Assembly (NCBI GenBank): GCA_045659365.1
Contig: JAZOWT010000124.1
Coordinates: 1-63,190, forward strand
DNA from: Eubacteriales bacterium
GTDB lineage: Bacteria > Bacillota > Clostridia > Oscillospirales > CAG-272
Length of the DNA: 63,190 nt
Direction: 5' to 3'
Shown here piece by piece: positions 55,549 to 63,190 of this stretch. Below the pieces are notes generated by a model that had not been told where the DNA came from, did no database searches, and saw only the letters and a list, made by a program, of their open reading frames with translations. Made by a program: the position numbers and the translations under genes. Within the stretch, counting starts at the first letter, position 1. Every line of letters begins with the position of its first letter.

Positions 55549-55983
55549 TTACTTTGTACCGGTTGAGCCGAAGCCACCTGCACCGCGAACGGTATCAGAG
55601 AGCTCGTCGGTGAGCTCGAAGTCGGCGGCGAGGAACGGAAGGATAGCAAGCTGTGCGATGCGCTCGCCCTGCTCTACCGTCTGGGGCTTGTCGGTATGGT
55701 TATGGAGTGCAACCATAACCTCGCCACGGTAGTCAGCATCGATAACACCGACCTTATTAGCGGGAGCAAGACCGCGCTTTGAAGCAAGGCCGCTACGCGC
55801 AAAGATAAGACCGCAGTAGCCCTCGGGGATCTCTACTGCAAGACCGGTATGTAAGAGCATAGTCGTGTGAGGCGCGATCGTTACCGGGCCGTCGATCGTA
55901 TAGAGATCAGCGCCTGCGGAATAGCTTGTGCCGTAGGTGGGGATTATTGCATTTTCGTTAAGCTTTTTAATTCTTACTTTCAT
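55549..55983 (-). CDS. dut: dUTP diphosphatase
   Basis: AGADL, RSGLA, GVIDADYRGE and GGFGSTG motifs of trimeric dUTPases. Confidence 0.95.
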   Translation of the reverse strand: MKVRIKKLNENAIIPTYGTSYSAGADLYTIDGPVTIAPHTTMLLHTGLAVEIPEGYCGLIFARSGLASKRGLAPANKVGVIDADYRGEVMVALHNHTDKPQTVEQGERIAQLAILPFLAADFELTDELSDTVRGAGGFGSTGTK

Positions 55984-56543
55984 TTGTTTTCTCCATTATA
56001 CTTTTTGTCGAGGGCACAACCGTACCAAATGGTTATTTTTCCCTGCTCGCGCGTTTTGTTCATATCGATTATACGTTGATTTGACGAACCGCGGAAACGA
56101 AGTCCAAGGCGTTTTTTGTCCGCCTCAAAGCGACCGTCAACCAATATATCGACCAGGGAAAGAAGACGTGCGGTGATCGAAATACACTTGTAGTGATTGC
56201 CGATCCCGGCGGTAAGCTCCTCATAGGTATTGCCGGTAAAGAGCCAGACCGTTTTGTCGGGAAAGCGCAACTTAAACTCCTCGAGGAATGGCAAAAGGCC
56301 TTCCTGATTTTCAGGTTCCATGGGCTCACCTCCAAGAATGGTGAGTCCACGGACTACGGAATTTTTAAAGGTATCAAAAATCGACTCTGCCACATCTGCA
56401 GTAAATGGTTCGCCATAGTCAAACGACCAGGTCTCGGGTTGAAAGCAGCCGGGACACCTGTTACGGCAACCGCTGACAAACAGAGTTGTTCTTATGCCCT
56501 CACCGTTGGCAATATCATTTTTCTTTATTGCGGCGTAATTCAT
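55980..56543 (-). CDS. nrdG: anaerobic ribonucleoside-triphosphate reductase activating protein
   Basis: NDIANGEGIRTTLFVSGCRNRCPGCFQPETW (CX3CX2C radical SAM) is a typical NrdG N-terminus. It has 4-nt overlaps with uvrA and dut. Confidence 0.88.
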   Translation of the reverse strand: MNYAAIKKNDIANGEGIRTTLFVSGCRNRCPGCFQPETWSFDYGEPFTADVAESIFDTFKNSVVRGLTILGGEPMEPENQEGLLPFLEEFKLRFPDKTVWLFTGNTYEELTAGIGNHYKCISITARLLSLVDILVDGRFEADKKRLGLRFRGSSNQRIIDMNKTREQGKITIWYGCALDKKYNGENK

Positions 56544-59371
56544 GCTTCTACACCTAATTTCTGGCGCAGGAAGGCACCCGTGTAACTTTTTTCACATTTA
56601 GCAACCTCTTCAGGCGTTCCCTGTGCGACGATAGTACCACCACCGTCACCGCCCTCGGGACCGAGGTCAATAATGTGATCCGCTGTCTTGATAAGGTCAA
56701 GGTTATGCTCGATCACCACAACGGTGTTACCGCCGTCAGCAAGGCGTTGAAGAATGGTGATAAGCTTGGAAACATCCTCACTGTGAAGTCCTGTGGTAGG
56801 CTCATCAAGGATATAGATAGTCTTGCCGGTAGAACGTTTAGCGAGCTCGGTTGCAAGCTTAACGCGCTGTGCCTCACCGCCCGAAAGTGTGGTGGAGGAC
56901 TGACCGATTTTAACATAACCAAGTCCAACGTCGAAAAGTGTCTGAAGCTTTCTCTGTATCTGAGGAAGTCCCTCAAAGAAGGATATTCCCTCCTCTACTG
57001 ACATTTCAAGAACGTCGTATATACTCTTGCCCTTGTATTTAACGTCAAGAGTATCGCGATTATAACGCTTGCCCTTACAAACGTCACACTTTACGTAAAC
57101 GTCGGGCAAGAAGTTCATTTCTATACATTTAACACCGTCGCCCTCGCATGCTTCACAACGACCGCCGCGAATATTGAACGAGAAGCGGCCTGCATCAAAG
57201 CTCTTGGCCTTGGCATCCTTTGTCTTTGCATAGAGGTTACGGATATCGGTAAAGAGTCCCGTATAGGTTGCAGGGTTAGAGCGCGGAGTTCGTCCAATGG
57301 GGCTCTGGTCGATCGAAATGACCTTATCGAGGTTTTCAAGTCCCTCTACCCTATCTACCTTGCCGGGATAGGTGGAGGCGCGGTTAAGATCGCGCGCAAG
57401 AGTGCGATAAAGAACGGAGTTGACAAGCGAGGATTTACCGCTGCCGGAAACACCGGTTACTGCTATAAAGCATCCAAGCGGGAAATCTACGTCAAGCTTT
57501 TTAAGGTTGTTTTCCTCGGCACCTATAACACGAATAAAATTACCGTTTCCGGGACGTCGTGTAGTAGGTACACATATATTTTTTCTACCGGAGAGGTATG
57601 CACCGGTAATAGAGACATCTGATGCCGCAACCTCGTCAGGTGTTCCTACGGCAACGACCTCTCCTCCGTGGATACCTGCACCGGGGCCGATATCTACGAT
57701 GAAATCTGCAGCGCGCATCGTATCCTCGTCATGCTCAACAACCACCACGGTATTACCAATATCGCGCAAATTCTGAAGCGTGGCGATAAGCTTACCGTTG
57801 TCGCGCTGATGAAGTCCTATACTTGGCTCATCAAGGATATAAAGGACGCCTGTAAGTGCAGAGCCTATCTGAGTTGCAAGGCGTATGCGCTGTGCCTCAC
57901 CGCCCGAGAGTGTACCTGCGGTTCTTGCAAGGTTAAGGTAATCAAGTCCTACACTGATAAGGAAGTGCAGACGCGCTTTGATCTCCTTAAGAACCTCTTT
58001 TGCTATCTTTGCCTCACTCTCTGTCAGGGTAAGATTGTTGACAAAGTCGAGCATCTTATCAATAGAGAGGCGGCAGATTTCGTCTATATTAAGTCCACCG
58101 ACCGTAACACCAAGCACCATATCGGAAAGACGGCTACCGCCACATCTTGGGCAGGCAACGTCCTCGACAAACTCCTGGTAATAGTCGCCGAACTTCATTT
58201 TCATTCGCTTTTCGATTATATGGATAACACCGTCAAAGGTAGCGAGCTGTTCTCTACCCTCACCACCGAAGAAGCGCGTGATGTGATATTTTTTAGTTCC
58301 GGTGCCGTACATAAGAGCATCAAGTGCTTCCTTGGAATACTCACGAACGGGAGTGTCGAGTGTAAATCCGAAATCCTCACCGACCGCGGCAATAAGCGGA
58401 CCTGTCCAAGAATCCTCGGTCATTGTCTTAAAGCCGTTTGCGGCAAGTGCGCCGTCACGAAGCGAAAGCTCGGGATGAGTAAGCACCTTTTTCACCGATA
58501 CCATCTGCATATTTCCGATGCCGGAGCATTCGGGACACGCACCGATGGGGTTATTGAACGAGAACATTCTGGGCTCAAGCTCCGGGAAGCTTATGCCGTG
58601 CTCATCACAGGCATATTTCTGCGAGAATTCAAGCGTTTCCTCATCTCCCTCTCGGGGTGCGGTAACTATCGTGACCTTGCCGTCAGCCACCTTGAGCGCG
58701 CTGTCGACAGAGTCGGAAAGGCGCGAGCGGACATCCGGCTTTATCACAAGTCGGTCTACAACTATATCTACTGTATGCTTGACGTTTTTATCAAGCGTGA
58801 TCTCCTCGGTGAGGTCATACATATTGCCGTCGACACGGACACGAACGAATCCGCTCTTTCTCGCCTCGGCAAAAACCTTTTCATGCATACCCTTTTGCGC
58901 TCTTACTACGGGCGCGAGTACCATAAAGCGGGTACCCTCGGGGAGAGTGAGTATTTTATCAACTATCTGATCCTGTGTCTGCTGACGGATCTCCTTGTGA
59001 CATATCGGACAGTGAGGTATGCCGATACGCGCATAAAGAAGACGCAGGTAATCGTATATCTCGGTAACAGTTCCGACAGTTGAGCGGGGATTTTTAGACG
59101 TTGTCTTCTGGTCTATCGAAATTGAGGGAGAAAGTCCCTCAATAAGGTCAACGTCCGGCTTGTCCATTTGTCCCATGAACATACGCGCATATGATGAAAG
59201 GCTCTCTACAAACCGTCTGTGTCCCTCGGCATAAAGAGTATCGAAGGCTAAGGAGGACTTACCGCTTCCGGAAAGACCGGTAAGAACAACAAGCTTATCT
59301 CTCGGTATAACGAGATTGATATTCTTGAGGTTGTTTACTCTTGCGCCCTTTATGATAATTTCTTTTGACAT
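56540..59371 (-). CDS. uvrA: excinuclease ABC subunit A
   Basis: 943 aa. Two ABC modules (GLSGSGKSS, GVSGSGKSS, two LSGGE signatures) and zinc modules (CPxC...CxxC). Confidence 0.98.
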   Translation of the reverse strand: MSKEIIIKGARVNNLKNINLVIPRDKLVVLTGLSGSGKSSLAFDTLYAEGHRRFVESLSSYARMFMGQMDKPDVDLIEGLSPSISIDQKTTSKNPRSTVGTVTEIYDYLRLLYARIGIPHCPICHKEIRQQTQDQIVDKILTLPEGTRFMVLAPVVRAQKGMHEKVFAEARKSGFVRVRVDGNMYDLTEEITLDKNVKHTVDIVVDRLVIKPDVRSRLSDSVDSALKVADGKVTIVTAPREGDEETLEFSQKYACDEHGISFPELEPRMFSFNNPIGACPECSGIGNMQMVSVKKVLTHPELSLRDGALAANGFKTMTEDSWTGPLIAAVGEDFGFTLDTPVREYSKEALDALMYGTGTKKYHITRFFGGEGREQLATFDGVIHIIEKRMKMKFGDYYQEFVEDVACPRCGGSRLSDMVLGVTVGGLNIDEICRLSIDKMLDFVNNLTLTESEAKIAKEVLKEIKARLHFLISVGLDYLNLARTAGTLSGGEAQRIRLATQIGSALTGVLYILDEPSIGLHQRDNGKLIATLQNLRDIGNTVVVVEHDEDTMRAADFIVDIGPGAGIHGGEVVAVGTPDEVAASDVSITGAYLSGRKNICVPTTRRPGNGNFIRVIGAEENNLKKLDVDFPLGCFIAVTGVSGSGKSSLVNSVLYRTLARDLNRASTYPGKVDRVEGLENLDKVISIDQSPIGRTPRSNPATYTGLFTDIRNLYAKTKDAKAKSFDAGRFSFNIRGGRCEACEGDGVKCIEMNFLPDVYVKCDVCKGKRYNRDTLDVKYKGKSIYDVLEMSVEEGISFFEGLPQIQRKLQTLFDVGLGYVKIGQSSTTLSGGEAQRVKLATELAKRSTGKTIYILDEPTTGLHSEDVSKLITILQRLADGGNTVVVIEHNLDLIKTADHIIDLGPEGGDGGGTIVAQGTPEEVAKCEKSYTGAFLRQKLGVEA

Positions 59372-59380
59372 TTTAATTTC

Positions 59381-61348
59381 CTATTTTTCGTTTTTCAACT
59401 CGCGTATTCTATCTCTTATATACGCGGCCTTTTCAAATTCAAGCGTCTTTGCGGCCTCGCGCATTTCCATAGTAAGATTTTCTATCATGCGATCGCGTTC
59501 AAGACGAGTAAGCTTTTTCGATTTTTCCGGCTTCGCCTTTTTGCCTATTTCGATTATATCGGCGACCTTCTTACGTACGCTTTCGGGTGTTATACCATGC
59601 TCCTCGTTATATCTCATCTGCACCTCGCGACGGCGGTTGGTTTCATCTATCGCACCGCGCATAGAACGTGTTACGGTGTCAGCGTACATAATTACGCGGC
59701 CATTGATATTTCTTGCCGCACGGCCGATCGTCTGAATAAGGGAGGTTTCGCTACGGAGGAAGCCCTCTTTATCTGCATCGAGTATTGCAACAAGGGATAC
59801 CTCGGGAATATCAAGTCCCTCACGAAGCAAGTTAATGCCGACCAGAACGTCAAATTCACCAAGACGAAGATCGCGGATGATCTCCATACGCTCGATGGTT
59901 TCGACGCGGTGATGTATATACTTTACCTTTATGTTATGAGTGGCAAGATATTCGGTAAGGTCCTCTGCCATTTTCGTGGTAAGGGTGGTTACAAGCACCT
60001 TTTCGCCGCGAGCGACGGTTTCCCTTACCTCGCCAAGCAGGTCGTCTATCTGTCCTTCTATCGGGCGGACGATTATCTCGGGATCGATAAGACCGGTGGG
60101 ACGGATAAGCTGCTCGACGATGTCAGAGCTTTCATTTTTCTCGTAGTCACCGGGGGTTGCACTGACAAATACGACCTGACGTATCTTCTCATCAAACTCC
60201 TCAAAGAAAAGGGGGCGGTTGTCAAACGCGGAGGGGAGGCGGAAGCCGTATTCTATAAGATTTTTCTTTCTGGCATAGTCACCACCACTCATACCGCGAA
60301 CCTGCGGCAGGGTTACGTGTGACTCGTCAATGAAAATAATAAAGTCATCGGGAAAATAGTCGAGGAGGGTGTAGGGGGTTGAGCCCTCGGGACGGCCGGA
60401 AAGGACGCGCGAGTAGTTCTCTACACCTGAGCAGAAGCCGACCTCACGAAGCATTTCGAGGTCGTATTTTGTTCTTTCCTCTATACGCTGTGCTTCTATG
60501 AGCTTTTTCTCACTCTTGAAGTACTCAACGCGCTCGCGCATTTCTTGTTCGATCTCAAGGAGAGCTGCCTCACGGCGCTCGTCAGAAACGGCATAGTGCG
60601 TTGCGGGAAATATGGCGACGTAGGAAAGGTGCTCTACCACAGCGCCCGTAAGAGGATCAATGCGGGAAATTCTATCTATTTCATCGCCAAAAAATTCTAT
60701 ACGTATTGCCTTATCCGTGCTTGATGCGGGAAACACCTCTACGACGTCACCGCGAACGCGAAACTTGTTACGGATAAAGTTCATATCATTTCGCTCGTAG
60801 CTGATGGATACGAGTGCGCGGATGAGCTCATCGCGTGACATCTGCATACCGGGTCTGACTGACACAAGCAGGCTTTGATATTCCAGCGGATCACCGAGCG
60901 AATATATACAAGAGACCGAGGCAACAATGATAACGTCACGACGTTCAAACAAAGAGGAGGTTGCACTATGTCGGAGCATATCGATCTCCTCATTTATCAT
61001 AGCATCCTTTTCGATATACATATCCTTACCGGGGATATATGCCTCGGGCTGGTAGTAATCGTAGTATGAAACAAAGTACTCTACCGCGTTTTCAGGGAAA
61101 AAGGAGCGGAACTCCGTGCAAAGCTGTGCGGCAAGAGTTTTGTTGTGGGCGAGCACGAGAGTCGGACGGTTAAGATTTGCTATGACATTTGCCATAGTAA
61201 ATGTTTTACCCGAGCCGGTTACACCGAGCAAAGTTTGTGCGCGCTCACCGGCGAGAATGCCATCGGTCAGGGCGCGTATTGCCTCAGGCTGGTCGCCTGT
61301 TGGCTGATATTCACTTACGAGCTTAAATCTACGCTCCTGCATAGGCAT
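59381..61348 (-). CDS. uvrB: excinuclease ABC subunit B
   Basis: [19 protein letters not shown] helicase motifs, and the C-terminal UVR domain ([21 protein letters not shown]). Confidence 0.98.
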   Translation of the reverse strand: MPMQERRFKLVSEYQPTGDQPEAIRALTDGILAGERAQTLLGVTGSGKTFTMANVIANLNRPTLVLAHNKTLAAQLCTEFRSFFPENAVEYFVSYYDYYQPEAYIPGKDMYIEKDAMINEEIDMLRHSATSSLFERRDVIIVASVSCIYSLGDPLEYQSLLVSVRPGMQMSRDELIRALVSISYERNDMNFIRNKFRVRGDVVEVFPASSTDKAIRIEFFGDEIDRISRIDPLTGAVVEHLSYVAIFPATHYAVSDERREAALLEIEQEMRERVEYFKSEKKLIEAQRIEERTKYDLEMLREVGFCSGVENYSRVLSGRPEGSTPYTLLDYFPDDFIIFIDESHVTLPQVRGMSGGDYARKKNLIEYGFRLPSAFDNRPLFFEEFDEKIRQVVFVSATPGDYEKNESSDIVEQLIRPTGLIDPEIIVRPIEGQIDDLLGEVRETVARGEKVLVTTLTTKMAEDLTEYLATHNIKVKYIHHRVETIERMEIIRDLRLGEFDVLVGINLLREGLDIPEVSLVAILDADKEGFLRSETSLIQTIGRAARNINGRVIMYADTVTRSMRGAIDETNRRREVQMRYNEEHGITPESVRKKVADIIEIGKKAKPEKSKKLTRLERDRMIENLTMEMREAAKTLEFEKAAYIRDRIRELKNEK

Positions 61349-61514
61349 CTCCTTTCCTATTTAAAAAAGCCGAGCTCACAGGGGATGTAAAGCGACAAAT
61401 TTCAGTGCCCTTTGCCACGCTTTACCCGGCCTGTCAGCCAACTAAATTAAAGTTTGACAAGAATAACAAAAATTCATTCACTAAAACCGCACGAGCTCGG
61501 CTTTATGGAGAAAA

Positions 61515-61856
61515 TTAAAGGTATCTCCATTTTTTGCATTTTGCAATATATTTTGCGGTAGCTTTTTTACTCCAGCCGAAGCACTCGGCAATAGCGGATA
61601 CATTATCCGCACCAAGCTCCTCTGCAATCGGAACAAGGCGCACGGCAATCGCACGGTCGAATGCAGCAAAGAGCGTAAATACCGCACCGTAAAATCCAAT
61701 CGCCGAAATTCCGAAGAAAATCGCGAGCAGAATGTATTCGCGTGCATCCATGAAGCGATTGATAAAGAGAAGCGAAATAACGCCAACAGCGGCAAGAATT
61801 GCACCTGCGATTATGTATGCAAGTCTTGCGCCCTTAGCCTTTTTTAACTTATCCAT
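61515..61856 (-). CDS. hypothetical small membrane protein (2 TM + C-terminal HTH-like segment)
   Basis: Two hydrophobic helices, then VSAIAECFGWSKKATAKYIAKCKKW. ATG 61856 has GAGG 6 nt upstream. The ORF-track TTG 61868 overlaps the yebC stop. Confidence 0.55.
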   Translation of the reverse strand: MDKLKKAKGARLAYIIAGAILAAVGVISLLFINRFMDAREYILLAIFFGISAIGFYGAVFTLFAAFDRAIAVRLVPIAEELGADNVSAIAECFGWSKKATAKYIAKCKKWRYL

Positions 61857-61864
61857 AAACGGCC

Positions 61865-62590
61865 TCAATTATCCCAGTTGGTGTATACTGCGTTAACGTC
61901 GTCGTCTTCGTTAAACTTATCAAGCATCTTCTCCATGTTCTCTACGTCCTCGGGATTTTCAAGAGCAACGTAGGTGGAAGGAACCTTTGCAAGGTCGGCG
62001 GTATTGATCTTGTAGCCGAGAGCAAGAACTGCATCACGAACTGCATCGAGGTCAGCGGGATCGGTGTAGATGGTGTACTCACCCTCATCACACTTGATAT
62101 CCTCTGCACCACACTCAAGAGCATCCTCCATGATCTTATCCTCGTCGATCTCCTCATCCTCGTCGATGATGCTGATAACACCCTTCTCCTCAAAGAGGAA
62201 GCCTACGCATCCGTTCTGACCAAGGTTTCCACCGTACTTGCTGAACCAAGCACGAACGTTACCTGCGGTACGGTTACGGTTATCGGTAGAGGTCTCAACG
62301 ATTACGGCAACTCCGGAGGGACCGTAGCCCTCGTAGGTGATCTCCTCGTAGTTGATATCGCTGTTATCGGTAAACTTCTTTATAGTACGCTGAATGTTAT
62401 CGTTGGGAACGTTGTTTGCCTTTGCCTTGGCGATAAGGTCGCGAAGCTTGGAGTTGTTATTGGGGTCGGGGCCGCCTGCCTTGATGGCAACAGCCATTTC
62501 CTTACCGATTTTGGTGAAAATCTTAGCCTTTGCGGCATCGGATTTTTCCTTCTTGTGCTTAATATTATTCCACTTTGAATGTCCTGACAT
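61865..62590 (-). CDS. yebC: YebC/PmpR-family DNA-binding transcriptional regulator
   Basis: MSGHSKWNNIKHKK...KIFTK is the invariant YebC N-terminus. Confidence 0.95.
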   Translation of the reverse strand: MSGHSKWNNIKHKKEKSDAAKAKIFTKIGKEMAVAIKAGGPDPNNNSKLRDLIAKAKANNVPNDNIQRTIKKFTDNSDINYEEITYEGYGPSGVAVIVETSTDNRNRTAGNVRAWFSKYGGNLGQNGCVGFLFEEKGVISIIDEDEEIDEDKIMEDALECGAEDIKCDEGEYTIYTDPADLDAVRDAVLALGYKINTADLAKVPSTYVALENPEDVENMEKMLDKFNEDDDVNAVYTNWDN

Positions 62591-62623
62591 ACTGTTTTTT
62601 ACCTTTCGTTTATCGTCATTTTT

Positions 62624-63190
62624 TTATATTTTTTCGGGGCTCTGCATGCAGATGAGCTTAAGTGCTATACCAAGAACTCTCTTGGTTGCGGCGGTAAGAG
62701 CTACGCGGCTCTTTTTAAGTGCCTCATCCTCGCAGTTGAGAATCTTGCATTCGTGATAGAAATAGTTGAATGCGGCGGCAAGCTCGAGAATGTATCTCGT
62801 TACTATGCTCGGCTCGTAATCGTCAAGCGCCGCCTTAACCTTTTCGGGGAACATTGCCAGCATTTTGGCAAGGTCAAGCTCGGGTGCACCAAGCTCGGCA
62901 TCGGTGAGCTCACCCTCTGAGCCCATTTTTTCAAGAATTGATGAAGCTCTTGCATAGGTATACTGAACGTAGGGTCCGGTATTTCCCTCAAAGGAGAGAG
63001 CTTCCTCCATAACGAAGTTGATATCTCTCATACGGTTATTGGAAAGATAGTAGAAGATAACTGCGCCAACGCCAACCTTTTCAGCTATCGCGCGGCACTC
63101 CTGCTCATCGGGATGCTTTTCCTTAGCTATATCGTAAACTCGGCTTATTGCCTCGTCGAAAAGGTCCTTAAGAAGGATAACGTTGCCCGT
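62624..63190 (-). CDS. argS: arginine--tRNA ligase, C-terminal part (gene continues beyond the window)
   Basis: The frame is open from 62624 to the window edge (567 nt = 189 codons). It encodes a DALR anticodon-binding region (TGPYVQYTYARASSIL...RVALTAATKRVLGIALKL). Confidence 0.85.
   Translation of the reverse strand, partial: TGNVILLKDLFDEAISRVYDIAKEKHPDEQECRAIAEKVGVGAVIFYYLSNNRMRDINFVMEEALSFEGNTGPYVQYTYARASSILEKMGSEGELTDAELGAPELDLAKMLAMFPEKVKAALDDYEPSIVTRYILELAAAFNYFYHECKILNCEDEALKKSRVALTAATKRVLGIALKLICMQSPEKI

Noticed and set aside
57668-59083. 471-aa plus-strand ORF antisense to uvrA, the longest unexplained ORF in the window
   Set aside because: It is exactly codon-aligned with uvrA (59371 - 57670 = 3 x 567). 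The composition is low-complexity (L, K, C, S, R rich), there is no RBS, and it lies wholly inside a highly conserved gene. It is a shadow ORF created by the absence of TTA/CTA/TCA codons.
61440-61490. Possible LexA (SOS) box upstream of uvrB (minus strand TGAATTTTTGTTAT)
   Set aside because: It matches only GAAx-N4-GTTx, and both conserved C positions of GAAC-N4-GTTC are wrong. That is not distinguishable from AT-rich background.
61366-61504. 6S RNA-like long hairpin, suggested by the 12-bp closing stem
   Set aside because: Beyond the terminal 12 bp I cannot extend pairing between the two halves. There is no long irregular helix with a central bubble, and the length (139 nt) is short for 6S RNA.
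1-63190. Scan for CRISPR arrays, IS elements or transposases, integrases, prophage genes, toxin-antitoxin pairs and known defence-system genes
   Set aside because: None seen. There are no regularly spaced direct repeats. No ORF has DDE, tyrosine- or serine-recombinase, capsid or terminase, or typical defence-domain motifs. The only repeat structures are the tRNA-Arg 3' duplication and the short inverted repeats reported above.

Overview
This 63,190-nt window reads as core chromosome of an anaerobic, spore-forming Firmicute. Sporulation genes ytfJ/gerW and a dacB-like gene, plus nrdG, point to Clostridia. Gene order and codon usage suggest an Oscillospiraceae/Ruminococcaceae-like organism, but I cannot verify that.

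The window is almost entirely conserved housekeeping genes, arranged in alternating strand blocks:
1. The 3' end of a tRNA array (partial tRNA-Gly-UCC, tRNA-Arg-ACG), followed by an exact duplicate of the tRNA-Arg 3' end plus its terminator.
2. An MFS/GPH-like transporter.
3. An aspartate-family locus. asd, an unlisted 52-aa ORF, lysC and hom lie on the minus strand. They are divergent from a single-ORF thrC-thrB fusion and an ACT/HTH protein.
4. A minus-strand array of about 18.7 kb: infC-rpmI-rplT, then trmH-like-dprA-topA-trmFO-plsX-rnc-radical SAM-smc-ftsY-yhbY-nadD-yqeK-rsfS-leuS.
5. Plus-strand lon-engB-M50 protease-scpA-scpB-ytfI-like-ytfJ-dacB-like-rluB-small GNAT-like ORF.
6. Minus-strand araC-type regulator-dxs-miaB-ymcA-like-mutS-mutL-tgt.
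7. A divergent plus-strand carbohydrate cluster: 2 xylose-isomerase-like TIM barrels, 2 Gfo/Idh/MocA oxidoreductases and 1 SDR.
8. An insulated membrane-protein gene and a sugar-nucleotidyltransferase-like gene, then upp and an RluA-family synthase.
9. Minus-strand argS (partial)-yebC-small membrane ORF, then uvrB-uvrA-nrdG-dut.

I saw no CRISPR array, transposase, integrase, phage gene or recognisable defence gene, and no clear-cut novel multi-gene system. The best candidates for follow-up are:
- the ThrC-ThrB fusion;
- the TIM-barrel/Gfo-Idh-MocA cluster, whose composition matches oxidation-elimination-type glycoside or cyclitol pathways;
- the tRNA-Arg 3'-end duplication with a GC-rich filler;
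- a 12-bp perfect inverted repeat bracketing 115 nt just upstream of uvrB;
- an unlisted small ORF translationally coupled to asd.

All protein calls rest on motifs I recognise by eye. No database search was run.
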